64,000 nucleotides of DNA from Octopus vulgaris (lineage: Eukaryota). Under the pieces are notes generated by a model. That model made no database searches. It saw only the letters and a program-made list of their open reading frames with translations, and had not been told where the DNA came from. The position numbers and the translations under genes were made by a program. Below, piece by piece: positions 11,692 through 23,559 of the stretch (positions within the stretch are counted from its first letter, which is position 1; each line of letters starts with the position of its first letter). Location: assembly GCA_951406725.2 (NCBI GenBank), contig OX597821.1, positions 114,700,001 through 114,764,000 of the forward strand, read 5' to 3'.

Positions 11692-12589
11692 TGAATGTAT
11701 GTATGTATGTATGTATGTATGTATGTATGTATGTATGTATGTATGTATGTATGTATGTATGTATGTATGTATGTATGTATGTATGTATGTATGTATGTAT
11801 GTATGTATGAATGTATGTATGAAAGTATGTATGTATGTATGTATGTATGAATTTATGTATGTATGTATGTATGTATGTATGTATGCATGCGTGCGTGCGT
11901 GCGTGCATGTTTGTATGTATGTGTGGATATGAATACGTAGCTCCTTTGACAGTCTTCGACAGTTGTCTCGGTTTGACAATGCTATGACGTCATCATGCGG
12001 AGACGAACGCTCTTCCGTTTAAGATTGAACTCATTTTCTTCTCGAATGCCTTTCAGTTCATCCGCTTTTTGTGAAGGAGAGTGGGGTGGGTGAAGTTTTT
12101 TTTTTTTCCTTCACAAATTATTTTCAATGTTGTCAAATAAGGATAAGCAAATACAATTATGCAATGTTATTTGTATGAATTTAATAACCCTGCTCAGGTG
12201 GTTTCCCTGTCAGAATCATTAACACGTCTCCATTGTTCTGAGTTCAAATTTCAACGAGGTCAGGCTTGCTTTCCGTCCGTTCGGGATCGATGAAATAAAG
12301 TACTGGGTTTGAAGTAATCAACTTACCTCATCGTCTCGAAATTACATGATTTGAACCCTGCAACCAATTGTCGTCCCGTTCAGAGGGAACGTGGTGTTTT
12401 TGGTCACTTGTGTACAATGGAAATTGGATAAACGGCCTTATGAGTCCGATGGCTTGAGAAAAATAAAACAATATCACTAAATCTTCAAACGGGACTCTCG
12501 TTTCTGTGAGAGTCTTGTCATTGAAATCATACACATTTAAAAGAAAATTACACCGTTGAGGTACAGTTTAGAAAGAATTGATTAATTTT

Positions 12590-12985
12590 TGTCTACTCTA
12601 GGTACAAGGTCCGAAATTTTGGGGGAGGGAACCAGTCGATTAGCTCGACCCCATTACGTAACTGCTACTTAATTTATCGACCCCGGAAGGATGAAAGGCA
12701 AAGTCGACCTCGGTGCAATTTGAACTCAGAACATGAAGACAGACGAAGTACCTATTTCTTTACTACCCACAAGGCACTAAACACATAAGGGACAAACAAT
12801 GACAGACAAACGAATTAAGTCGATTATATCGACTCCAGTGCGTAACGGGTACTTATTTAATCAACCCCGAAAGGATGAAAGGTAAAGTCGACCTCGGTGG
12901 AATTTGAACTCAGAACGTAGCGGCTGACGAAATACCGCTAAGCATTTCGCCCGGCGTCCTACCGATTCTGCCAGCTCGCCGCCGA
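12590..12985 (-). mobile_element. Tandem (dimeric) Meta-like SINE
   Basis: Two consecutive inverted copies of the core seen at 1230-1460. Confidence 0.85.
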
Positions 12986-13299
12986 AAGACTTAATTAAAG
13001 AATCTAAAATGTTTTTAGTTCATATTGCCAGAGATATTTTAGTTTTTAGTTTATAATGTAGTGTTTGGGAGTAGAAGATGTTTATTTCTGTACCAAGACA
13101 AGGAACCGTTGGGGTAAAAGAAGGAAAAGATGGAAAACTCGTTATATGTTTCAAACGACCGATAGTTTTCACGATCATTTAATTTATTGAATAAGACAGC
13201 AACTATTATATTGTAGGTAATAATTTCTAGGTATAAACAACCCTCTAGCACGGACTAATTCCTTGCTGGTATATCTGGTATATATTTTACTTACTGTGT

Positions 13300-14075
13300 T
13301 TTAAGACAGGGAACCTTGATCATATCGTAAGCAACTACTCTAAGGTACTGGGTGAAGAATTCTGCAGCTGGAGACATGATCAGGCCTGCAAAACTGTGGC
13401 TGAGTCTGTCAGTGAGGGGAACAATGAGAGCACTACAGCCAGAAAGTTAATCGTGGTTAACGATGGAGAGCAACCGAAGAAAAAACTTCAAGAACAGCTT
13501 TGGTGGTTTACTTTTCATAACACAGGACTGGTTGATGGAAGTTGACCTGCAGAAGAAGCTAAAGTTTCCAGCACGTACACCAAAACCTTGTTGGGATTAG
13601 ATATTACCCTAGCTTCTGAGGCAACAAAGTAACTAATCTTGATAGAATTAACTGTGCGTTGGAGAGGAAAGGCTGGAAGCAGCTCAAGAGAGGAAGAGAA
13701 TCAAGTAACAGGAATTGGTGAAGGACTGTCACGAGGACGTGATGAGAATGGGGTGTTTGTTAATGAAGGTTAATTGGTCGAGCGCTCGCAGGTCAAACCA
13801 TGAATAAGGTGTATGGAATTGAGGTCATTATACAAATGAGTACAAGAGCCATCAAGAACAGCATAGAGGCTGCTGAAAAAAATATCTAGATGACTCTGGC
13901 TGAAAAGAGATGACCTGTGAGGTCATTAGGATGTTGCTGGGACACAGACCTAAGCTTGAACAACCTAGGTTTGGTCACATAGATGAAGGTGAATATTGTA
14001 AGATCTCGTAACATCCGGTAAGTCTAGGAAACAACACTAATGATGTGTCCAAGGATAGTATCTGCAGGTGTATGT
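13300..14075 (+). mobile_element. Decayed HERO-like RLE non-LTR retrotransposon 3' region
   Basis: GTLDHIVS..WRHDQ, DWLMEVDLQKKLKFP, LIELTV.W, AQERKR.K; ends CACTAATGATGTGTCC, as I recall for HERO 3' ends. Confidence 0.7.
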
Positions 14076-14546
14076 AGAAATGTCATGATGACCGAATGTC
14101 TGTACTTCAAAATTCTCGTCAATTTAGCTGAAATCAAAAGGGATACGGAATTCTTCTGCTCGTTGAAGGTCAAACAATCGGTTTTATATATCGCCTTAGT
14201 CCTTGGTAGATACTGGTTCCCCCAAACTTCATTTGCCTGAGAGGACTACTATCCGTCAAATACCAAACATACCAATGCTTCATTCTGTGTCGTTACACCA
14301 ATTTATAACATTCTGTTGGTTTTAATTTATCTGACATTCATTTTAGTGAAGCTATTTTCCCCTCCATGGACAACGTTATCGTAAATCTGTTGCTCCTACC
14401 CAGAACTATTTTCTGTAGATTTGAATTGATGGGTGCCCTGATAATGTATGTATATTTTTAGTCAAATTCCTTGTTTTTATCCCAATCAGACTTCCGGTTG
14501 TTAGATGCTACCTTTGTATCTATGCCCTACATTCATTTCAATTCTG

Positions 14547-14768
14547 AAAAAGCACGTATTCTTCATGAAGAATTTAAGCGCCCTGCTCGAAAGCGCACTG
14601 CTAGCATAGTGAATGAAGGAAGCTTTGTTTGCAATGTTTATTAAGAGAGGGGCTCTTTAGCTACCAACAACGGAGCCGCAAATGCAAAATATAAGTTAGT
14701 CCTAGAGTGCACAATGTTCCTAAAGGTCAGCAGTGGTCTTCTTCGGTCACGAGTGGACGGCCATCATC
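14547..14768 (+). mobile_element. 5'-truncated RTE-clade LINE 3' end with 29-bp TSD
   Basis: ATCTATGCCCTACATTCATTTCAATTCTG at 14518-14546 and 14769-14797; insert reads RILHEEFKR..RKR...FVCNV and ends in (CAT)n. Confidence 0.75.
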
Positions 14769-15192
14769 ATCTATGCCCTACATTCATTTCAATTCTGTAA
14801 ATGTTTTCTGTATTGAAAGTTATTGTTTCTTTGATTGATGTGTTTTTTTTTATAAACATAGCCTGCGTTTTTCTATGGTTATATCTGGGAAATTTTTTCA
14901 CCTTCTCCCCCACCTGTTTGTATCTGGTGAAAATTGCTCAAATTCTTTGTCTTTGTTTACATTAATACATCGCATAACATTTAAACACTACTTTTCCTAT
15001 GTAACCATCACAAAATTACGTTTGTCTTTATCAGCGCTTCCTCTAATATTTTTGCAGTGGAAGTGAGCAGTTTAAATTTGCATGTGTGCAAATTTTGCCT
15101 CTTTACAAAGTATGTACACATCCATGGAAGTAAGCATCGCTTAAATGCCATATTAACCGCCTAACCAAATTCAACTATATTTTAAGTGTGAA

Positions 15193-15421
15193 AGGCGGCG
15201 AGCTGGCAGACACGTTAGCACACCGGGAGAAATGCGTAGCCGTATTTCGTCTGCCGTTACGCTCTGAGTTCAAATTCCGCCGAGGTCGACTTTGCCTTTC
15301 ATCCTTTCGGGGTCGATAAATTAAGTACCAGTTTCGCACTGGGGTCGATGTAATCGACTTAATTCCTTTGTCTGTCCTTGTTTGTCCCCTCTATGTTTAG
15401 CCCCTTGTGGGTAGTAAACAA
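15193..15421 (+). mobile_element. Meta-like tRNA SINE
   Basis: Near-identical to 1230-1460. Confidence 0.85.
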
Positions 15422-15711
15422 ATATATATTTTAAGTGTGTATTATTTAAGATATTATTATGAAATTAAACAATTAACTTTTTCAATTAAAAAGATTTATT
15501 TCAGCTTCAAAACCTTTTGTGCGCACATAGTTTTTTCTTCGTGTTGAAGTTGTAAAACGTGTGCGCACAGAAGCGCTCAGCTTGGTGGAAGCATTGATCT
15601 GCTGTATCCCTTGTATAACGTCAAAGAACGTGCCCTTGAAGTTATCCCCTTTCTTTGTTGTACTTCATATTTATTTAGATATGGAAACTTTTACACATTC
15701 TACGTCGATTA

Positions 15712-15885
15712 CAATTTCTTGCTTTTTTGCTAAGAATATTAAACAGGAGAAAAGTTAAGATTGAGTGACATTTATAACCTCGTTAAAAACATTTGTGTAT
15801 GGCACCAATGGTTTTAAGAAGGGTATGAATGCCACACAATCTCATTTTCTCCTGTTTAATATTCTTGACAAAAAAGCAAGAAACT
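15712..15885. repeat. Imperfect inverted repeat (MITE or foldback-like)
   Basis: TTTCTTGCTTTTTTG..AAGAATATTAAACAGGAGAAAA pairs with TTTTCTCCTGTTTAATATTCTT..CAAAAAAGCAAGAAA. Confidence 0.7.
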
Positions 15886-16059
15886 GATTCGTTTCAACAG
15901 AGAAGCAAAACCAGATAGAGTACGTAGCCTTTAATCAACATAGCACCACTTCCTCTCTTGTGTGATTTGAAATCATTAAGAAGAGAAATGTAAAATAAAA
16001 AGGGTACAAAACATTCATTTTCGGAATCCAACCATTTTTGTGTAGAAATAATGACGACA

Positions 16060-17010
16060 GATTCCTAAGAGCCAATGTCCGTGAGTTAATCAACTTTAGA
16101 TAATAACACTTTCGACATTACACGCTGCCACAGAAGCAAACATGCACCCGAACTGTTTTCACCCAACACTCCAACCTGCAACTATCGAAATCCTACCAAT
16201 TGCGCACTGAGAGATTTCTGCCTCTCAAAGGCTGTGGTTTGTAGAGCCTCCCACATACCACCTGATGACATCGTGGGATACTACACGGGCAAAAGAGTCA
16301 ATGATATTAATGAAAGATTTATACAACACACGCATTCCACCTTGCTGTCTCGTCTCATCTAGAAACTTCAGGCCAATCGAAACGATTTTCTTAACATTTC
16401 ATAGCGCATGCTTGACAGGGCCCCTCCTCCTTACTCACCTGTTTCCGTGAAAAACTGTACATATTCCACTAGCTTGCAGTATTCATCAATGACAAAACCG
16501 TCTTATGGAAGTGCAGTCACCGGAGATTTGCTCTATTAATGAATTTTAAGCCATCAGCCACTAATAACTCAGAAATACTACCCTAGGCTTACCTGGTCAG
16601 CGCACAATTTCAGGGCATATAATCCCTGCCGTTCGTCGTGAAATGTTTGCTAATTCCTTGTATTATAATTGTGAAATATCAGCCGGCTTTTTATGCAATT
16701 GACACCACCACAGTCACCTTTTCAGGTGAAAATTGTTGAATCTAACAAGTCATTCTCTACAGAATGCCAACTAATAGACCCCAACATCTTGTCTGCTTAC
16801 CACTTGCAACTTGTAATGAAAGAACTGTCGTCGCTGATTAGTTGAAGATAGCACGTGACATGAACTGATCAATGAAGGCCTAAATATTCCCACCAACATT
16901 CTATTTTTATTTTTTTTAAATATTCACTTCACTCTGACTCTATAGATCTGATGACATAGTCGTGTTCTGTAGCCACGAAACTTTAAGCGATGTGGAATTA
17001 AATGTTTGTT
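16060..17010 (+). mobile_element. Old Penelope-like element: GIY-YIG remnant plus pseudo-LTR
   Basis: CN..PTNCAL..FCLSKAVV.RA..YYTG..NERFIQH, CFREKLYI..IN..WKCSHRR; degenerate CTGATGA...GAAAC at 16948-16981. Confidence 0.55.
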
Positions 17011-17241
17011 ATTAAATACTTAAAACTCCAACTAAATGAGACGACTTACTTTCTTTCATTTGTTCTCCCAATTCTTTCTGTGTGCGAGTGTGAGTGTTAG
17101 AGTGGGGGGGGGGGGCAATCTTTATAAGGAATAAAAATAGATTGTGGAATCACATTTTGCTTTTTACGTTTCTTGATTTTGAGACTGATCTCACTTTCTT
17201 TCTTCCGTATGGCCACAGACCAGCCCATACACACACGCACG

Positions 17242-17324
<83 letters not shown>

Positions 17325-17351
17325 TGGATGAACCCCTGCACAATTTCTGTC

Positions 17352-17787
17352 GGATCTTTTCGGTTTGAACGGCAGTTTTTTCTAGCGGTGTCATATGAAA
17401 TTGTCACCCATAATTATGACCCTAGTATCGATCTATTGCATTTCAATCTATTTTAGGGTTAGGGTTAGAGATAGGGTTAGTTAGGGTTAGTTGGGGGGAA
17501 GGGTATCTTTTTTTCTTCAGAAATGTAAATAAACCCAATCTGTTTCTTAAACGAGGGACATATTCATACGGCACAGAATGTTTTCACCTCATAGACGTCA
17601 TTGATTGGTTGAAATTGCAGAAATTGAAGAAAAAAAACAACAAATATCTTACAAACTATAGAATTTTCTCAATAAAGCCAAGAGAAAAAGATGTTTTATA
17701 AACACATTCTACCAGTATACGAAGTTTAAAAGTGTTTAGTTACGTGGAAATTATTTTTAAAAACTGCCGGTCAAACCGAAGAGATCC
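17352..17787. mobile_element. Merlin-like MITE with internal TTAGGG repeats
   Basis: TIRs GGATCTTTTCGGTTTGAACGGCAGTTTTT / AAAACTGCCGGTCAAACCGAAGAGATCC; 8-bp TSD TTTCTGTC (17344-17351, 17788-17795); GG terminus. Confidence 0.8.
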
Positions 17788-18001
17788 TTTCTGTCTCCCA
17801 AATCTCGCTCACAAAGCTGGTGGAATACAGTCTTCGTCAGAAGACATTTGTCTACAATGCCGCAAAGTGGACTCCTATCCAGAAATACTTATCCTCGAAT
17901 TGCGCTTTTATCTCAGAACTCTTTGTTCATCGCATCACCAATTTTACCATTCTCCATGCGATAATTTATTACAATAGCAACACAAAAACAATCGTCAATA
18001 A

Positions 18002-18013
18002 TTTATTTTTATT
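18002..18013 (-). promoter_or_regulatory. Tandem AATAAA poly(A) signals of the candidate peptide gene
   Basis: Two AATAAA on the minus strand ~190 nt after the stop, followed by a GT-rich element (GATTGTTTTTGTGTTG). Confidence 0.5.
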
Positions 18014-18200
18014 TTTCATTTTTTCTCGAATCAATCAACTGCAGCATCGATTTGTTCACACAGATCTAAAATAAATCAATTTAAAGTTGCTCGACTCTTA
18101 TGTAAGATATTGGAGCTTTTACTCGACGTCTTCAAGATTTAGTAGGCAAAGCCAAAAAGACACAGGAACTGGCTTTCTTTCAGTTCTTCTACTGCTACAG

Positions 18201-18206
18201 CTAAGT
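18201..18206 (-). CDS. Cys-rich secreted peptide, putative terminal exon (Thr-stop; 3' UTR to ~17990)
   Basis: Acceptor GTGTTTTATTATTTCAG|ACT TAG in phase 0 with the 43-nt exon; downstream poly(A) signals. Confidence 0.5.
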   Translation of the reverse strand, partial: T

Positions 18207-18323
18207 CTGAAATAATAAAACACTAAATTTAAATCTTTAGTTTGTTCTGGTTAGATAAAATTATCATTATGACTATTGTTGTTGTTGTTGTTATCGTTGT
18301 TGTTATCATCATCATCATCATCA

Positions 18324-18375
<52 letters not shown>

Positions 18376-18554
18376 AAGCAGAAAGACCGTCCTCCGGGCG
18401 GTTTCCTGTCCGACGCTGATAATATTTACATATTTCAATCCTAAGTTGTGTAAGTTTTATGATATTTTTTGCTTAATTTTCCTTCGTAACTTTTGTTCAT
18501 TAAATTGTAATCACTGACTTATTAAATATTTCTTACATTATTTCATCGCATTCT

Positions 18555-18633
<79 letters not shown>

Positions 18634-18719
18634 AAACAAACTCGAAGGTAATGTAATCCATACAATACGTGTTCTTAGTTTATTAGAAAAACAGGGATCT
18701 TGTGGTTTTATACCAAGCA

Positions 18720-19252
18720 GCCATCAAAGTGACACTGAGATAAAATAGACGAAGCCCAGTATACCCATCATGACTACCCGTCTGATAAGGGTACACCAAG
18801 CACATACATCACAACCATATATGTGCAACATGGTGATCTCTCATCACGATTAACAGCGCATGACCTTGCAGGTGGGGGCCCAGTTAGAAATTTCTTCGGG
18901 TCAAGTAGCCCACTCCCGCTCAAAAGGTCCTTGAATAAGGGTTGTTTAAAAATGTTGAACGAAACAACCGTGTTTTCAGAGGTGAATTATCCAAACCCCA
19001 AAGAAATCCTTTCAACACTTGGCTATGATGTTCCCCCACTACTTCTGCTCATGATCAGAGATGTGCATATCGTCAGAGACCAAGGGAACATGCTCAACAG
19101 GTTATGGTCAAACAACTGACAAGCAAATCTGTGGTATTGAGCATAACATTTGCTGTGGCCCATCTTTTATACCAAAACAAAACAATGTACATGATAACAC
19201 TTCCAATCAGATTAGAAGCCATGAGAGCCACTGCCTGGTACTGCATCAGGGC

Positions 19253-19310
<58 letters not shown>

Positions 19311-19320
19311 GTTATTGTTG
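18720..19320 (+). mobile_element. ~550-bp non-coding retroposon with (ATT)n tail
   Basis: Inverted copy at 44956-45503; both end GTACTGCATCAGGGCA followed by (ATT)n. Confidence 0.8.
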
Positions 19321-19898
19321 TTGTTGTTGTTGTTGTTGTTGTGAAGGTTCGCGAAAGATATCAATAAGAATTATACAGGGGCCCAAGATAGCCGCTGTCC
19401 AACAACTGAAACAAATAAAAGAATAAATGAAGAAATAAATAAATAAATAATAAACCAAGTTAATTATAACACTAAAATACAGAATCAATAATATATTTTA
19501 TGTTAGTGATAAGCGGAACATTAACAGTTGTCAAAAAGGATTTACTAGGGTCATGGACTCTGCTCCCTTTCTTCAGACACAACAAGTAAATTAGAAATTG
19601 GGGTCCTATCACATTTTCTTGGTATTTTTTGTATAGCAAATTCTGTTGCATGAGTAAATTACTGCAGCTGAATTCAATCTTCAAAACATGTAAAGGGTTA
19701 AGTCCTGTTTTTTTTTAATTCAATAATTGGATAATAGTAATTAGGTAATTTACTAAATAAATGTATTTAATATAATTTTGTAGATTAGGATTCTTGCTTG
19801 TGTCGAGTACTTATTCTCCACACCCTAAATAAATGTCACTGCTTGTTTGCAGGGTAGATGTTTAAATTTTTTCCACTCAGCAAAAGTTTGTAAATAAA

Positions 19899-20818
19899 CA
19901 GTGTTGAGTCAAAAGTTTTGCAATAAATTGGAAACTTATTTGCGTTATTCGTTAAATTACAACAAAAGCAGCCAAGCATTCAAAATGGAGTCCGTCTGAA
20001 GCCGCCTTTCTTTTTTTGCACCTTTTTTGCACCGTCTGAAGCGACCTTTTTGCCAGTTCTTTGATCCCACACTGATACCAATTCTTGCTCTTCGAAATGA
20101 AGAACTCTTTCACTGAAGCTTCTACTTCCTCTTGATTGATTAAGTGTCGCAAGCGTAGGAAGTGAGCCATAGACCGGAACAAGTGATAATCCGAAGGAGG
20201 TATATATTTTACCGCAATGCCATCGTGCATGAAGCAGGAGATTAGCAAGAGCCAGCTTCCGGAAACTGTCGCCAAACGCGGGCGTTTTGACCACAAGGAG
20301 ATGCTCTGCGTTTGGTGGAATTATGAGGGGATAATTCACTACACGTTCGTCCCGGACAATCGAACTATCAATGCCAACCAGTATCCCGAATAGTTGGGGC
20401 GGATATACGCCATTTTAAGGCAAAAATACTCTACAGAATGCGAGCTCTTCTGCAGCAAGAAAACGCAAAACCTCATTCCGCTCCAATAACCCGGAATAAA
20501 CCCCAGAAACCTGAGAGAATCTAACTAATGCCACACCTAACATAGAGTCCTGACCTACCTCTCTCGGATTATTATCTGTTCCGATCCATGGCTCATTTCC
20601 TGCGTTCGCGATGCTTCGTCAACCAAGAAGCTTCAGTTAAGGAGTTCTTCGCCTCGAAGGACAACAACTGGTATCAGTGCGCGATCAAACGGATTGACAG
20701 ATAGGTGGCTTCAGACGGTGATACACGATGACCTCTACTTCGAATGCTTGCCTGCTTTTGCTGTAGCGTGATGAATAAAGTTAGCGAAATATTGCAAAAC
20801 TTTTGACGCAACGCAATG
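19899..20818. mobile_element. Mariner derivative with two inverted 3' ends
   Basis: Plus strand MLCVWWNYEGIIH, QQENAKPH, SPDL.SDYYLFRSM and TIR; the same 3' ~300 bp with TIR is inverted at 19899-20200. Confidence 0.85.
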
Positions 20819-21044
20819 TGTGGGCATAGCAGTGTGGTTAAGATGGTTGCATCGAAACCTGTGGTTTCGGGTTCAGTCCCATTGCAGAACACCTTGGGCA
20901 AATGTCCTCAGGCCAAGCAATACTGTGTGCGAATTTGTTAGAAGGAAACTATTGAAAACCCCTTATATATATATATACACACACACACATATAGTAACAA
21001 AAAAAGGAGGAATTTCAATTATCCCCACGTGGTGAATTGTAATG

Positions 21045-21103
<59 letters not shown>

Positions 21104-22034
21104 CATATATATATATATATGTGTTAGAAGGAAAATGCACACATTTTACATAGTTTTAATATATTTTTTTATATATCTTATATTATCTTTGTCGACCGGT
21201 TTCGCATTCGCTAATCATGACATTGAAATTATTGTAATTTCGTATTTTCGGTGCTGTTTGTTTACATCCTTGTAACTTATAATTTAGCTGTTCGGCAAAA
21301 GAGACTGATAGAATAAATACGACTTTTAAAATAAGTACCGGAACCGATTAGTCACCGCTGCTGAATGATTTTCGTCTGCTTCTGACATATTTTTGTGTTT
21401 TTAGACAACGCACATCCACAAGAGATATTATCTGCGGGCAAATATTGCAATTAATTTGCTTTTTCATGATGTATCTGCATTAACTTTGATACATAGCCAG
21501 CTATATTTGGATATATATATATATATATATATATCACGTGACCGACCAGACCATCAGATGTTGTTACACATCGCTGGTCACAATGCGTTCGCATTGTTTT
21601 AGCCTTCGAATCACGCCACCCCGCTGGCTAAGTGAGCAGGCCAGCAGAAGAAAGAGTATGTAGCCCTAAAAACGATTTTTGTGCATTTACAAAGAATACC
21701 AAACTGTCTTACACAGTATCTTGTTTTTAAGAATTTCCAATAAGTTATGAATACCCAAATTGTGAAGTCAGTTATGTAATAACATGAAATTAGTTACCCG
21801 ATAATAATAATTTAAATAAAGTAGCCCCGAAAAGGGCTTTAATGCGTTCCCAGAGTATATAGAACACATGAGGAGATACTAATAAGATATGTATACAAAA
21901 ATAGAGAAGCATACTAATAAGGTATGTATACAAAAATAGTGAAGCATGTGACGTAATAACAGGCTAATCAGGTATGAGATAATAACAGTTCAAAGTAAAT
22001 AACTCTGAAAGGAGCTTTTGTGCGTTCCCAGAGC

Positions 22035-22131
22035 ATTTCGGTTAGTGACTTATTTTGGTTAGTGACGAATATACCAGCGGCGCTGGTGTTGGTATATTCG
22101 TCACTAACCAAAATAAGTCACTAACCGAAAT
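22035..22131. repeat. Perfect 42-bp inverted repeat with 13-bp spacer
   Basis: ATTTCGGTTAGTGACTTATTTTGGTTAGTGACGAATATACCA (22035-22076) and its reverse complement (22090-22131). Confidence 0.95.
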
Positions 22132-22561
22132 AAGTGGATCTATTGTTTAGGAAAATACTATTTACTTGTTTAAGCGTTGTACTGAATAAATTGCGAAAGT
22201 AACTCTAATAGTTCAAGTACTAAGAAATAAGTATACTCAATTTGATTTATACCAAATGATTTTGGAAAATGAATGGGTTATTTCCCTTGGCTGTTAAAAT
22301 GAAATATATAATATTTAAGTATCCCTTTCAGGGGCCCTATTATCGATTTTTTTTCAACAATCTGAATATGCCATGAGGTTTCCAGACATGAGTTCTACAC
22401 ACGCGTCAAGTTTCATCAAAATCGATAAAACGATAGACAGAATTTCCCATATATGTAGTAGATATATATATATATACATGTATACACACTCACACATATA
22501 TTATATGTATGTATATATTTGCATCCGCGTATGTAATGTATGTATGTGAAAGATGAAAGAA

Positions 22562-22623
<62 letters not shown>

Positions 22624-22760
22624 TTCTACTACTATTACGACGACGACGATAAATATTACGAGCATCGATAAATATTATCCTCTTCCTTCTATTTTTAATT
22701 TATTCAGACAAATGTAAAACTCTAAAATAAAAGATACGTCAAAAAATATCGTTTTCTTAC

Positions 22761-22803
22761 CGGACAACAAGTAGGTGGATTCTTCAAAACTACTGAAGCC
22801 ATT
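22761..22803 (-). CDS. Cys-rich secreted peptide, 43-nt internal exon ((I)MASVVLKNPPTCCP)
   Basis: Acceptor CCATTTTTCTTTCCACAG| and donor CCG|GTAAGA; open in the phase left by the upstream exon. Confidence 0.65.
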
Positions 22804-23389
22804 CTGTGGAAAGAAAAATGGCAAAATGAAAATGTGTGTGTGTACACACACACACACACACACACATACACACACACACACACAAACACACGCACACACA
22901 CATGTATTTATAGATACATACATGCATGTATATATATGCCTATAATTTAGAGACAAATTATATGTTAATTGTTAAGGCACGGTTACTGATGAGGATTTGC
23001 CTAGAAGTCCAGCAGTGTTACATATTAAAGTTATACGACTCTAAAAATTTGACAATATACCTTGATTTTGTAATTTACATTATAACAAAAATAATCCTCC
23101 TTCATTATTGAAGCATACTTAAGATAGTGTAACTAAATAGCTTATATAAATCTTTCGTGTTTTGTTTCGTTTTCTATACGTACTCTGTGACCACATTGGT
23201 GGACATATATTTTTTATTTGTCGATTAAATAGTTCAACCAACGGTTTCATGCAGAAAGAATTTCTTCCGAAATGGTGATTATCAACATTTTGAAGTGAAT
23301 CGCTTGAAAAGTTGCAGACCTTCTTTCCACATGAAACCATTGGTAGCAATGTTATTCCACAAATAAGAAGAAAATGGCTATATAGAAAC

Positions 23390-23548
23390 GTAGGCGTGGC
23401 CGTATGGAAAAACGATTGCTTCCGAACCACATGATTCCCGGTTCAATCCCATTGTGTGATACCTTGCATAAGTATCTTCCACCATTGTCTCAGGTGGACT
23501 AAAGTCTTTTGAGTGGATCCGGTAGACGGAGCTGAAAGAAACCCGTCG
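23390..23548 (+). mobile_element. CORE-type SINE 5' part
   Basis: Diverged match to the 30771 copy. Confidence 0.7.
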
Positions 23549-23559
23549 CGCGTGTGTGT

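Noticed and set aside
22986-23010. CTGATGA followed by a GGA...TCC stem (also CTGATGA at 58412)
   Set aside because: No properly placed GAAA with stems III and I.
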